54,047 nucleotides of DNA from Candidatus Zixiibacteriota bacterium (GCA_043819555.1 JBDREQ010000078.1:1-54047); one strand, 5' to 3'. Positions 38,737 to 49,220 are shown, numbered from the stretch's first letter. The notes: a model not told the origin generated them from the sequence alone. Program-made: numbers and translations.

Positions 38737-39215
38737 AACGGAGAGGCGATTCGTAATTAATAAATCAGTAATGAGTTAGAAGTTATCCCAAAATATTCTG
38801 AGCGGAAAAATCCTCAAAATATATGTTTCATGTCTAAACATTCGTCAAAACTTGAACAGCAAAGTGAAACATCCAGCATCTTATTATTAATTTTAACAGA
38901 TTTCAAAAATAGATTTGTCAATCTACAATATTTGCCAAAAGACGACTTGTAAATCCATGTAAAGTTTTTGTTGACAATAATTTAACTAATTGATTTATTT
39001 CATGTAGTTTATTTGTTTAAGACTACTTGGTGCAGGTATTTGAGTACAGGCTCGTATCACCTTGTATTTCAGGGTGATACAATAGGTGCAAATTTAAATA
39101 TGGTGGAGGTTGTTGGTCATAAAGGACTTATGGATTCAAACAATCTAAGTAATTGTTCTTTTTCCCTTGAAAAACTACCCGTTTCAGTCTTTACCAGGAT
39201 AGGCGATAATCTAAA

Positions 39216-40142
39216 ATGAGACGTTCTATTGGTAGATGTAGTAAATTGATTATTTTTATTTGGCTTTCCACGAATTGCGCGGCGTGGAGCTCTGACAACG
39301 GTCTGGCTGCCGCCGGATTTTTGACAATTGGCGTCGATGCGCGTTCAACGGCTCTGGGTGGTGCATTGACATCGGCGTCGGAAGACGCAACCGCATCATA
39401 CTGGAATCCAGCCGGCCTTACCAAAGTCAATTCCATTCAATTGATCTGCTCTCACCAGAACTGGTATCAGGATATTTCATTTGAATACGCGGCCGCCGCT
39501 TTGCCGTTAAACGATGAGATGACGCTGTCGGTCAGTTTCGCCTATTTATCCTACGGTGAAATTTCCGGTTATGATATTTCCGGCATTCCTACGGGAGATA
39601 TTAATTCAACCTATGATTTCGCGGGCGGGATTTCTCTGGGGTACCGGATTTGGGATGACTTATCTTTTGGTTTGACGGCCAGGCATATCATCATATCCCT
39701 GGGGGGAATAAAAGCAACGGCAAATTCCTTGGATTTCGGTTTCCAGCTTAACACTCAAATAGGATCAATCGGAATAACGGCGGCCAATATTGGGACTGAT
39801 TTAGTATTTCGCGAAAAACAAAATAAATTGCCGGCCCTTGTTCGCGCCGGTTTTTCAATTAAGCCTTCTGGGCTGAACCTGATTCTGGTCTCGGAAGTTG
39901 AATTTCCGTTATATAATCTGGTTAAGTATAAAAATGGTGTTGAATTTTCATTTTCGGATGATTATTTCCTCCGGGCGGGATATGGTTTCTCGCAAGACAA
40001 TACTGCGGGGAATATGACGGGTGATTATTCTCTGGGAGGCGGTTTAAGAGTAGGAACAACTCATATTGATTATTCGTTTTCCCCCGGGGTTTCAATTACA
40101 TCGGAGTATCTCCACCAGTTTACTGTGCGTTTTCAATTATAA
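39216..40142 (+). CDS. PorV/PorQ-family outer-membrane beta-barrel
   Basis: FLTIGVDARSTALGGA...YWNPAGL signature, alternating beta strands, C-terminal HQFTVRFQL. Confidence 0.85.
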   Translation: MRRSIGRCSKLIIFIWLSTNCAAWSSDNGLAAAGFLTIGVDARSTALGGALTSASEDATASYWNPAGLTKVNSIQLICSHQNWYQDISFEYAAAALPLNDEMTLSVSFAYLSYGEISGYDISGIPTGDINSTYDFAGGISLGYRIWDDLSFGLTARHIIISLGGIKATANSLDFGFQLNTQIGSIGITAANIGTDLVFREKQNKLPALVRAGFSIKPSGLNLILVSEVEFPLYNLVKYKNGVEFSFSDDYFLRAGYGFSQDNTAGNMTGDYSLGGGLRVGTTHIDYSFSPGVSITSEYLHQFTVRFQL

Positions 40143-40309
40143 AATCCCGAATTTTCTCGACATAACCAACTGGCTCGGCGTATAACAGATGAATATCAGG
40201 ATTTTTATAACTTGACCTGTAGGCTGAAAGGGATTACATAAAGTTAATAATCGCATAAATCGGCCGATTTTTAAAATGTTAGCGGCGCAAAACCTGGATG
40301 GGATAAAAT

Positions 40310-41830
40310 ATGAATATCGAGGACAAAGACGGAATAATCGATTTCAAAGAGATCTTTTCAATTCTGGGAAGAAGAAAATGGCTCATCATTCTCCCCTTTA
40401 TTCTTGTGACAACAATTGTTTTTAGTTTTTCATTTCTGCTTGAAAAGAGATATGAATCTTCTACCATGGTTGTTATCGATGAAACCCTTTATCTCTCGCA
40501 GGAACTGCAGCAATTTGTTCCGGGGCAGGACCCCGGCGGCTTCGCCGCCGTCCAGAGACGGCAGGACAAGTTGATATCGATTCGCAATGAGATTATCTCT
40601 ACCGGATATCTGTCACGTTTAATCAATGAACTGAATCTTTATCAGGACGAAGAAGTTATTTTGGAAGCCCAGAAAATGAACGTATCCAATCCTGATGTTA
40701 GTGTGCAGAATCTTGTTTATCGCATTCTCATTGAGGATTTGCGAGAAAATATTAGAGTCGCTTTTAATGGCCAAAACATAGTTGAGATTAGCGCCGAGTC
40801 TAATTCTCCTGAACTGGCGATGAATATCGCTACCCGGTTGGCGGAAATTTTTAAGGACGAGCAGTTAAATCGAGAACTTAGCGGAGTTCGAGGAGCCCTT
40901 GATTTTACTGACGAACAGCTGGCTATCTATCGGAAGAATCTTATCACGGCGGAGAATCTCAAGGCTGATTTCGAGACCGAGTACTTGCAGAATAAACTTG
41001 ATGAATCAGTCACAGCCGATACAAATATCAGAGCGATAATGGCTGATATCGACAATATCGGGCTCATCATAGATGAAAATATCAGAAACCAAACCCGCGT
41101 TCGTACAGCCCTTAGCAAATATAAGAAATCAGAACTGGTATTAGAGCATGGGGATGAATTTAATAATCTCAAAAATGAGATTTTTGATAATTCCAGCCGC
41201 TGGGCCAATTTTATGTCCAAATATATCTGGTCGGACCCCAAAGTATTAAACGCTAAACTGGCCATAAACCGCAAGCTTCGCGAAGTTGATGATTTGATTA
41301 TCAAGGCTGTGGATGATCAATTTTCGGACGTGCCGATTGAAGACAAAGCCAGCTTGAAGGAGTTCTTTTATCTCCAATTTCAGGAAACGGTTTCGAGGCG
41401 GAAACTCAATAATCTCGAAGTTTCGCTTTCGACTTTGCGCAATCGTATTGCCCGCGAACCTGAATATGAGATTCAGCTTAGCAATCATACTAATGATGTG
41501 CAATCGGCTCGGGATATATATGAAACTTTTAAAAATCAACTGACCGGTTCGGAAATATCACAATCGATAATGCGCGGCGGCGCGGAGTCAAGATATCGCG
41601 TCATGGAACCAGCTTCAATGCCATTGAAACCGATCAAGCCCAATCGTCTCAAATTATCTCTGATGGGAATGGCGCTGGGCTTAATCATTGGAGGCGCCGC
41701 GGCTATACTTTCCGAATTGTTCGACCATTCATTCAGAAAAATCGAAGACGTGGAAGAAACCCTTAAAGCCCCGGTTTTAGCCAGCATTCCTAATATCCCG
41801 GCGATTAGAGGAAAAGTAAAAATCGGTTAA
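40310..41830 (+). CDS. Polysaccharide co-polymerase / chain-length determinant (Wzz/GumC-like, no fused kinase)
   Basis: N-terminal TM after RRKWLII, long coiled-coil region, MEPASMPLKPIKPNR + second TM, and DHSFR..EDVE..L..PVLASIP. Confidence 0.88.
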   Translation: MNIEDKDGIIDFKEIFSILGRRKWLIILPFILVTTIVFSFSFLLEKRYESSTMVVIDETLYLSQELQQFVPGQDPGGFAAVQRRQDKLISIRNEIISTGYLSRLINELNLYQDEEVILEAQKMNVSNPDVSVQNLVYRILIEDLRENIRVAFNGQNIVEISAESNSPELAMNIATRLAEIFKDEQLNRELSGVRGALDFTDEQLAIYRKNLITAENLKADFETEYLQNKLDESVTADTNIRAIMADIDNIGLIIDENIRNQTRVRTALSKYKKSELVLEHGDEFNNLKNEIFDNSSRWANFMSKYIWSDPKVLNAKLAINRKLREVDDLIIKAVDDQFSDVPIEDKASLKEFFYLQFQETVSRRKLNNLEVSLSTLRNRIAREPEYEIQLSNHTNDVQSARDIYETFKNQLTGSEISQSIMRGGAESRYRVMEPASMPLKPIKPNRLKLSLMGMALGLIIGGAAAILSELFDHSFRKIEDVEETLKAPVLASIPNIPAIRGKVKIG

Positions 41831-41886
41831 TTATCTATGTCGGTAATTATTTCCGCCTATTCAAGCATGCGATTCAGGAACGGATC

Positions 41887-42537
41887 ATGAATGCTTATAT
41901 TTTCCTGAATGGTCATTATCATAAGAACGATTCTGCTCTTGCAAGGAAAATCCTGAGGAACAACAGGGGCAGGAGAAAGATTATTGCAGTCGATGGCGGA
42001 ATCGCATTTCTGCAAAAAATGAATATCAAACCCGATATCTGGTTAAGCGACCTTGATTCGGCACCCCGAATTAAAAAAGGTTTCCTGAAAAACGTCGAAA
42101 TTGAAATCTATCCGGCGGAAAAAAGTAAAACCGATAGCGAATTGGCTCTTGATTGTTGCCTGAAAAATAAAATTGCCTCGATTACGATTTTTGGCTGGTA
42201 CGATAGGATTTATGAAACTGATCATTTACTGGGTAATCTGCTTCTGGCTATGAGTGGCAAATTTATAAAATCCGCGATGAGTATTAAGTTCATTGATAGC
42301 AGGCAGCAAGTATATGCCTTATACGATGATACAACAGTAATTTCCGGATATAAAAATTGGGGATTATCGATTATTCCAATATCCAGCCGAGTAATATTGA
42401 CCGTAATAGGTGTCAAATATGGCGCCAAAAATAAGCTGCTCAGATTGGGTCAAACCATGTCATTGCGTAACGAGATAACGTCAAATCGCGCCTCGGTTTC
42501 GATTAAGGGCAAAGCGCTGGTGATAATCAGAGAGTAA
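41887..42537 (+). CDS. thiN: Thiamine diphosphokinase (divergent)
   Basis: IAVDGG, DLDS, EKSKTDSELAL, DHLLGN and SLRNE. Confidence 0.8.
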   Translation: MNAYIFLNGHYHKNDSALARKILRNNRGRRKIIAVDGGIAFLQKMNIKPDIWLSDLDSAPRIKKGFLKNVEIEIYPAEKSKTDSELALDCCLKNKIASITIFGWYDRIYETDHLLGNLLLAMSGKFIKSAMSIKFIDSRQQVYALYDDTTVISGYKNWGLSIIPISSRVILTVIGVKYGAKNKLLRLGQTMSLRNEITSNRASVSIKGKALVIIRE

Positions 42538-42642
42538 GGAATTAATCGATTTTTATGAATTATTATCTTGTCCTCGAAATATCATTATCGTAAAATATTA
42601 AGGAGAAGCTTTGGAAGGAGCAAGGGAGCGCGACTCTCGCCC

Positions 42643-43629
42643 ATGATAATCAAATCTGCCGGAAAAACTGATATTGGCCTGGTCAGAAAATTAAACGAGG
42701 ATTCTATCCGGCTGGCCCCTTCGCATAACCTTTTCATCGTGTGTGATGGTATGGGCGGTCATAGCGCCGGAGAGGTCGCCTCGGCCACCGCTTGCGATAT
42801 CGTCCGAAGCCTATACTGTCATCATTATGCTGGTCTTCTTAAGGATGACCGCCTCAAATTGCCTCGGATCTTCCCTCCCTCAACTGATGTCATTACCAAG
42901 GCGGTAAGAATTGCCAACCATTGGATTCATAAAAAGGCGTCCGATAATTCCGAGCTGGCCGGGATGGGAACAACAATTGTCGCCGTAGCAATCGAAGAAG
43001 ATATTATTACCATCCTCCATGTCGGAGACAGCCGCATATATAAATTCGCCAATAAAAAGCTGACCCCTTTAACAATTGATCACAGCTGGGCCGCTGAACT
43101 GGAGCAGAATGAAAAAATATCGGCAGAAGAAGCCAAAAATCTCGTCAATCGTAATGTCATCACTCGTGCTCTCGGCGTCAAGGCATCGGTTGATATTGAT
43201 GTCGCCGTGCGCAAAATAACTGAAAACGAAATTTATATTTTATGCAGTGACGGCTTGTGCGGATTCGTTGATGACGGCGATATTCGCGATGTAACGGTGG
43301 CGTGCAATGAAGATATCAATAAAATCTGCGATAATCTGGTTCAGCTTGCCAATGACCGAGGCGGTTCGGATAATGTCAGCGTCGCGGCAATTAGTGTGGC
43401 CGGTAAAGTCGATTCATCCCAACTGCCTGAACTCGATACTGTTACCGTTAGCGGTGAGTCTGTAGACTACTACGAAGTCGAAGAGGAATGGGCGGCAATC
43501 GCTGCTGAAACTTCAATTGAAAATGAAGAAACCGATGCTATATCCAATAAAAAAGGCTTTTCGTATTTGTCCGTAGTTTTTATAATAATTCTATTAACCG
43601 CGATTTTTTATATAATCTTCAAGAATTGA
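42643..43629 (+). CDS. PP2C-type Ser/Thr phosphatase (Stp1/PrpC family) with C-terminal TM
   Basis: TDIGLVRKLNED, CDGMGGH, MGTT, HVGDSRIY, LCSDGL and GGSDNVS. Confidence 0.92.
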   Translation: MIIKSAGKTDIGLVRKLNEDSIRLAPSHNLFIVCDGMGGHSAGEVASATACDIVRSLYCHHYAGLLKDDRLKLPRIFPPSTDVITKAVRIANHWIHKKASDNSELAGMGTTIVAVAIEEDIITILHVGDSRIYKFANKKLTPLTIDHSWAAELEQNEKISAEEAKNLVNRNVITRALGVKASVDIDVAVRKITENEIYILCSDGLCGFVDDGDIRDVTVACNEDINKICDNLVQLANDRGGSDNVSVAAISVAGKVDSSQLPELDTVTVSGESVDYYEVEEEWAAIAAETSIENEETDAISNKKGFSYLSVVFIIILLTAIFYIIFKN

Positions 43630-43660
43630 TTTTCTCCAATTGTCATTTTACCGTTTTTGT

Positions 43661-43688
43661 TTGACAATTTCGTTCCGATTTGTATATT
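43661..43688 (+). promoter_or_regulatory. sigma-70 promoter of tRNA-Arg
   Basis: TTGACA-N16-TATATT. Confidence 0.6.
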
Positions 43689-43713
43689 AAACGCCGGTAA
43701 ATTCAGTTTTTAT

Positions 43714-43787
43714 GCGCCCATAGCTCAATTGGATAGAGCGTCTGGCTACGGACCAGAAGGTTGGGGGTTCAAATCCTCCTGGGCGTA
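43714..43787 (+). tRNA. tRNA-Arg(ACG); CCA not encoded
   Basis: GCGCCCATAGCTCAATTGGATAGAGCGTCTGGCTACGGACCAGAAGGTTGGGGGTTCAAATCCTCCTGGGCGTA cloverleaf with ACG anticodon. Confidence 0.96.
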
Positions 43788-44009
43788 TTTTTTTATATAT
43801 CTTTTTTGAATTTTTCCGCTCCCCCGCCAATAGAAGTAATCTAACCGCTATAATAGCGTATTTATCCTCATTTATGATACGAATCAAAAATAAAATATCT
43901 CATCCCTTGAGGGCTGCAAGAAACGCAATGAAATCAACTTGGCGGCCGGCCAACATTGTTTTATAATATCAGTCTAAGAAATTTAGGCTGTTAAAGAGAG
44001 GATGAAGTC

Positions 44010-46139
44010 ATGAGCAACAATTCTCGAATTACATCGCAAATATTTGCCTTTGCGATTATTGTATTAATTATCGCCGGGTTTATTGGATGCGGCAAAACCG
44101 AGTTTAAACCTCCGGTTGCGCAAAAAATTCCCAATAAACTCATCTACCATAATGATACCATCATTGACAATTATTTCTGGCTTAGGGAGCGAGATAATGA
44201 GGAAGTCCTTAATTATCTAAAAGCAGAAAACGCTTATACCGATTCGATTATGAAGCATACTGAGCCGCTTCAGGAGCAACTTTTCGAAGAGATAAAAAGC
44301 CGCATCAAAGAAACCGATCTGACCGTTCCGGTTAAAAGAGATTCGTTTTATTATTATTCGCGCACGGAGGAAGGCAAGCAATATAATGTCTATTGCCGCA
44401 GGCTCCATTCTCTGGATGCCTCGGAAGAGATTATCCTCGACGTAAATCAATTAGCCGAAGGGTATGCCACTTACTATCTGGGTGATAATTCCATAAGTCC
44501 GGATCATTCGTTGCTTGCTTATACAGTAGACACTACGGGAAGAGAACAATATACAATTTATGTCAAGAATCTGGAATCAGGAGAAATTCTACCGGATACT
44601 ATCCATGCTACCGATGGCACGGCGGTCTGGGCTAATGATAATAAAACCATCTTCTACGCCACCCTTGATGATATCGAACGCCCGTTTAAACTTTTCCGGC
44701 ATGTCCTTGGAATAAAAACCAAAAACGACGTTCTGGTTTATCATGAAAAAGATAAGGCTTTTGATTTATTTATCAATAAGTCATCAGATAAAAAGTACTT
44801 ATTAATGGTTCTCGAAGCAATTGGCTCAACAGAATATCAATTCCTGCGAGCCGATCGTCCAACCGGGAAATTTCAAATTTTCAAAAGCCGGACTGCCGAG
44901 GTTGAATACAAAATCGATCATCGCGATAATTCCTTTTATATCCTGACCAACGAGAATGCCATTAATTTTAAATTAATGACAACTCCGGATAATAAAATAT
45001 CCTCTTCCAATTGGAGCGAAGTAATCGGGCATCGAGATTCAACTCTCTTAACCGGTTTTAGCTTATTTCAGAATTATCTGGTATTGTACGAGAAAGAAAA
45101 TGCCCTGCGCCAAATCCGGATTATAAACTCTTCTGACAATATATCGCATTATATTGAATTTCCCGAACCGATTTATACCGTTTATGGCACCGGCAATTAC
45201 GAATTCGATACCGACCTTTTGCGTGTCAGCTATTCTTCGATGATAACTCCCCGTACGATTTTCGATTATAATATGAAATCGCACGAAATGACTTTGAAAA
45301 AACAGGAAGAGATCGTCGGCGGATATGATAAATCAGAATACGTCACGGAACGATTATATGCCGAAGCCCACGACGGCATCAAAGTCCCCATTACATTAGT
45401 GTACAAAAAAGGCGTGATCGATAATGGTCCGGCGCCTCTGTATCTGTCCGGGTATGGCTCTTACGGCTTTGGGAGCAATCCAAATTTCAGCAAAACCCGC
45501 CTGGCTTTATTAAATCGAGGCGTCGTGTATGCATCGGCTCATATTCGGGGGGGCGATGATATGGGGCGCTGGTGGTATGAAGATGGTAAATACCTCAAGA
45601 AGAAAAACACTTTTACGGATTTTATCGCCTGCGCCGAACATCTAATTTCCGAAGGATATACATCATCTGAAAAATTATTTATCAGCGGCGGCAGTGCGGG
45701 CGGGCTGCTTATTGGCGCAGTAGTAAACATGCGTCCGGAATTGTTCAAAGCGGCCATAGCAAACGTGCCCTTCGTTGATGTTATTAACACTATGATGGAC
45801 CCAACCATCCCGCTGACAGTGAACGAATATACCGAGTGGGGAAATCCCAATGAAATCGAATATTATGAGTATATGAAATCATACTCGCCATATGATAATG
45901 TTTCTGCCCAGGCTTACCCTAATATGCTTATTACCGCCGGACTTTATGATCCTCGGGTTCAATACTGGGAACCGGCCAAATGGACGGCCAAATTGCGAGC
46001 GGCTAAAACAGACAACAACATCATTATATTAAAAACGAATATGAAATCCGGTCACAGTGGATATTCCGGCCGCTATGATCGTATTCGCGATATAGCTTTT
46101 GAATATGCATATATATTGGATATTCTGGGAATGAATTAA
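44010..46139 (+). CDS. ptrB: Oligopeptidase B (S9A), predicted lipoprotein
   Basis: DNYFWLR, GYGSYG, HIRGG, GGSAGGLL, EWGNP, DPRVQYWEPAKW and SGH. Lipobox-like FIGC after a hydrophobic stretch. Confidence 0.92.
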   Translation: MSNNSRITSQIFAFAIIVLIIAGFIGCGKTEFKPPVAQKIPNKLIYHNDTIIDNYFWLRERDNEEVLNYLKAENAYTDSIMKHTEPLQEQLFEEIKSRIKETDLTVPVKRDSFYYYSRTEEGKQYNVYCRRLHSLDASEEIILDVNQLAEGYATYYLGDNSISPDHSLLAYTVDTTGREQYTIYVKNLESGEILPDTIHATDGTAVWANDNKTIFYATLDDIERPFKLFRHVLGIKTKNDVLVYHEKDKAFDLFINKSSDKKYLLMVLEAIGSTEYQFLRADRPTGKFQIFKSRTAEVEYKIDHRDNSFYILTNENAINFKLMTTPDNKISSSNWSEVIGHRDSTLLTGFSLFQNYLVLYEKENALRQIRIINSSDNISHYIEFPEPIYTVYGTGNYEFDTDLLRVSYSSMITPRTIFDYNMKSHEMTLKKQEEIVGGYDKSEYVTERLYAEAHDGIKVPITLVYKKGVIDNGPAPLYLSGYGSYGFGSNPNFSKTRLALLNRGVVYASAHIRGGDDMGRWWYEDGKYLKKKNTFTDFIACAEHLISEGYTSSEKLFISGGSAGGLLIGAVVNMRPELFKAAIANVPFVDVINTMMDPTIPLTVNEYTEWGNPNEIEYYEYMKSYSPYDNVSAQAYPNMLITAGLYDPRVQYWEPAKWTAKLRAAKTDNNIIILKTNMKSGHSGYSGRYDRIRDIAFEYAYILDILGMN

Positions 46140-46146
46140 TAAGCGC

Positions 46147-46178
46147 GCACAAGGGGTAGTCTCAACTACCCCTTGTGC
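46147..46178. terminator. Perfect 14-bp hairpin between convergent genes
   Basis: GCACAAGGGGTAGT-CTCA-ACTACCCCTTGTGC. No U-tract. Confidence 0.5.
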
Positions 46179-46912
46179 ATGATAAACATATTTCTGCCGG
46201 TTCCCTCGACCCCCAAATCTTTTTCGACATCATACATTTCAATATCTTTAAAACCGATTATTTCTAGCATAGCGATAACTTCATCCGGCGGATAATACCT
46301 CTGCGTTAATTGTAAATCGGTTCGCCGCCAAACGTCTTCAATTAATCTGAATAGCGTCGAATCAATGGTCGCAATTTTGCTATCTTCGTTGTAGAGAAAC
46401 TTAATGATAAAAGCGCAATCATCCTCAACCTTGCCATGAGATTCACCCTTCCAGGATTTAATATATCCATCAAGATTATTGAGATCAAACAGAAAATACC
46501 CCCCCGGTTTTATTGCATCATAGGCATTGGTAAACACCCGGCCCAATTCGTCGGCCGACATTATATGATTGAGGCTATCGCAAGTCGATGTCGCGGCGTC
46601 AAAAACCGGTTTGAGATTAAATTCGCGCGCATCTGCAATCTCAAAATTACTGGTAGGTGAATTTTCACGGGCATACTGAATCATCTCCTCCGAGCCATCT
46701 ATACCGGTTACGACAAAACCTTTTTCGCTCATCATTTTGGCCAAATGGCCGTTGCCGCAGCATAAGTCGAGAATGCTATCTCCTGGCTTTAGTTTTGAAA
46801 GCAGGTGATCTTCAATTGTACCGAATATTTGATTAATCAATCTTTCCGACCAAAATCGATTATAGAACCAGGCAAAGTCATTGTACTCAATGTAGCGATT
46901 TATTTCATTCAT
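46166..46912 (-). CDS. Class I SAM-dependent methyltransferase
   Basis: ILDLCCGNG, GIDGS, DSLNH and KPGGYFLFD. ATG 46912 has a GAGGAG RBS. Confidence 0.9.
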   Translation of the reverse strand: MNEINRYIEYNDFAWFYNRFWSERLINQIFGTIEDHLLSKLKPGDSILDLCCGNGHLAKMMSEKGFVVTGIDGSEEMIQYARENSPTSNFEIADAREFNLKPVFDAATSTCDSLNHIMSADELGRVFTNAYDAIKPGGYFLFDLNNLDGYIKSWKGESHGKVEDDCAFIIKFLYNEDSKIATIDSTLFRLIEDVWRRTDLQLTQRYYPPDEVIAMLEIIGFKDIEMYDVEKDLGVEGTGRNMFIMHKG

Positions 46913-47038
46913 CCCTGTCTCCTCTGCAAAGTTATCGAAGCCAATGTATTCCTGGCTCACAAAATTGTCAACTGTTTATCACGCTTGCCAAAATTATTCG
47001 ATTATAGTACTTTATTCTGGCAATAAGGCTAGTATTTT

Positions 47039-48379
47039 ATGCTGCTAACTTTACATTATATATCTTTCATAACCACGATATTGTTTTTTTTATTGTTCGC
47101 TGTCACTTCCGTCCGCGAAAAAAGAACACGAGCGGCAATCATCAGTCTTATTTTTGTAATCATTTCAATAATAGCCGGAATTTATATTGTGAGTTTGTCC
47201 GAAGCAAATTCTCTGAGTTTTTATGTTTTTCCAGTTTCTATACTACTTTTTTTTCTGGCATTCTTTATACCAACCGGATCCGGCCGAAAAATACGAATTT
47301 CGGATAATGCCGAAAAAATTGATGAACGCGATACGATGTTTGCCCGTGCCGAATATAAACCCGGAACGACTAAATACGATTCATATTACAAACGGCGTTC
47401 CGAATTAAAAGCTATCGATGATAGCCTGCGTAAACTTCCCGGCTTATTATCTCCAGATAGTAAATATTTTGACGCCATCCGAGCCAAATATATAAAATCA
47501 GTTTTTGAGACAATTGCATCAATGACAGCCAGCGTTGACGGTGATATTTCAAAAACTATAATGAACGAATCTCCTGAACAGTTCACCAATACAATAAAGG
47601 AATTGGTAAAGCAATTGGGCGCAGTTGAAGTCGGCGTTGCGAAATTGCGCCAGCGATTTGTTTACTCACATGTCGGACGCGGCCCGGAACCGTACGGCTC
47701 TGAGATAATAAATGAACACCAAAATGTAATCGCATTCTCGGTTGAAATGAAGTATGAAAAAGTCGAAGAGGCTCCCCGAATAGGCATCACAGAAGAAACC
47801 GCACGGGGATATCTTAGGGCGGCCATGATTTCAATTTCTCTGGCGCGGCACATCAGGGCAATGGGTTTTCCGGCCCGAGCCCATATCTCCGACAGTAATT
47901 ATCAAATTTTGCTGCCGCCGGTTGCCTACGATGCCGGGATTGGCGAACTGGGCCGTCATGGTTATATCATTTCGCCGACTTATGGATCACGGATCCGACT
48001 TGGAGCTGTCACAACCGATCTGCCATTAGTAATCGATAAACCTATTAATTTCGGCGTTCAGGATTTTTGCGACCAATGCAATAGATGCGCTATAAATTGC
48101 CCTTCGGCAGCGATTCCCGAAGGCGGTCCGGAAAATGTTCGCGGAGTTCAAAAATGGCAACTAAACATTGAAGCCTGCTTTAAATACTGGTGTTCCCGTG
48201 GCACCGATTGTGGCCTGTGTATGAAAGTGTGCCCCTATTCTCACCCCCCCTCATTGATACACAATCTTGTCCGGATTGGCATTAGAAACTCTGCTATCGC
48301 CCGCCGAATTTCTGCATACGGTGAGGATTTGTTCTACGGTAAAAAAATTCCTACTAAGCTAACGGTTTTTGATGATTAG
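47039..48379 (+). CDS. Reductive-dehalogenase-like corrinoid/2x[4Fe-4S] protein with three N-terminal TM helices
   Basis: DERDTMFAR, GA..VGVA, AGIGELGRHG, GSRIRL..VTTDLPL..DKP, FCDQCNRCAINCP and C-X10-CGLCMKVCPY. Confidence 0.8.
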   Translation: MLLTLHYISFITTILFFLLFAVTSVREKRTRAAIISLIFVIISIIAGIYIVSLSEANSLSFYVFPVSILLFFLAFFIPTGSGRKIRISDNAEKIDERDTMFARAEYKPGTTKYDSYYKRRSELKAIDDSLRKLPGLLSPDSKYFDAIRAKYIKSVFETIASMTASVDGDISKTIMNESPEQFTNTIKELVKQLGAVEVGVAKLRQRFVYSHVGRGPEPYGSEIINEHQNVIAFSVEMKYEKVEEAPRIGITEETARGYLRAAMISISLARHIRAMGFPARAHISDSNYQILLPPVAYDAGIGELGRHGYIISPTYGSRIRLGAVTTDLPLVIDKPINFGVQDFCDQCNRCAINCPSAAIPEGGPENVRGVQKWQLNIEACFKYWCSRGTDCGLCMKVCPYSHPPSLIHNLVRIGIRNSAIARRISAYGEDLFYGKKIPTKLTVFDD

Positions 48380-48431
48380 TATTATTCAAAATAACCAATA
48401 CAAAGGCAATTATTAAGCAGAGGAGATATTC

Positions 48432-49220
48432 GTGAAACAAACTATCATTCAAGTCGATTCATTCACCGAAAAACCCTTCGCGGGAAACCCTGCCGGCGTT
48501 TGCCTACTCGATGGTCCGGCTGAAGAAGGCTGGATGCAATCGGTAGCCAATGAGATGAATCTATCCGAAACCGCTTTTCTCTACAAAAAGGGAGACGATT
48601 ATAATCTGCGTTGGTTTACTCCCGCTATCGAAGTTAAAATGTGCGGACATGCCACCCTGGCGGCGGCATATGTTTTATTCAATGATAATCATGTCTCTTT
48701 CGACAGGCGAATCACGTTTCATACGTTAAGCGGACAGCTCTACGCCTCGCTCAACGGTGAGTGGATTGAACTGAATTTCCCGGTCAGAATCTCCAAAGAA
48801 GAACCTGTTCCGGTTGGTTTCGAAGAAGCATTGGGATTCAAACCTTCATATTTCGCCGAAGCCGGTGAAGATTGTCTGGCCGTATGCGATTCCGAAGAGA
48901 CAATTCGAAACCTCTCCCCGAATATTTCGGCAATAGAAAAACTTTCCATTCGCGGACTTATTGTCACCGCCCGAGGCAGTGGCGAATATGACTTCATATC
49001 CCGCTTTTTCGCACCTGCGGTAGGAATTCCGGAAGACCCGGTTACCGGTTCGGCTCATTGTACCCTGGCTCCTTATTGGATGAATGTATTGGGGAAAAAG
49101 GAAATGATTGGTTATCAGGCCTCGCCTCGTGGAGGCGCGGTTCGCGTCCGGGTAGAAGACGACCGTGTAGTTTTGGCAGGCAAGGCTGTTATTGTTATCA
49201 GAGGCGAGCTATATACCTGA
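48432..49220 (+). CDS. PhzF-family isomerase/epimerase
   Basis: FAGNPAGV, NLSETAF, RWFTP..EV.MCGHATLA and EDPVTGSAHC. Confidence 0.93.
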   Translation: MKQTIIQVDSFTEKPFAGNPAGVCLLDGPAEEGWMQSVANEMNLSETAFLYKKGDDYNLRWFTPAIEVKMCGHATLAAAYVLFNDNHVSFDRRITFHTLSGQLYASLNGEWIELNFPVRISKEEPVPVGFEEALGFKPSYFAEAGEDCLAVCDSEETIRNLSPNISAIEKLSIRGLIVTARGSGEYDFISRFFAPAVGIPEDPVTGSAHCTLAPYWMNVLGKKEMIGYQASPRGGAVRVRVEDDRVVLAGKAVIVIRGELYT

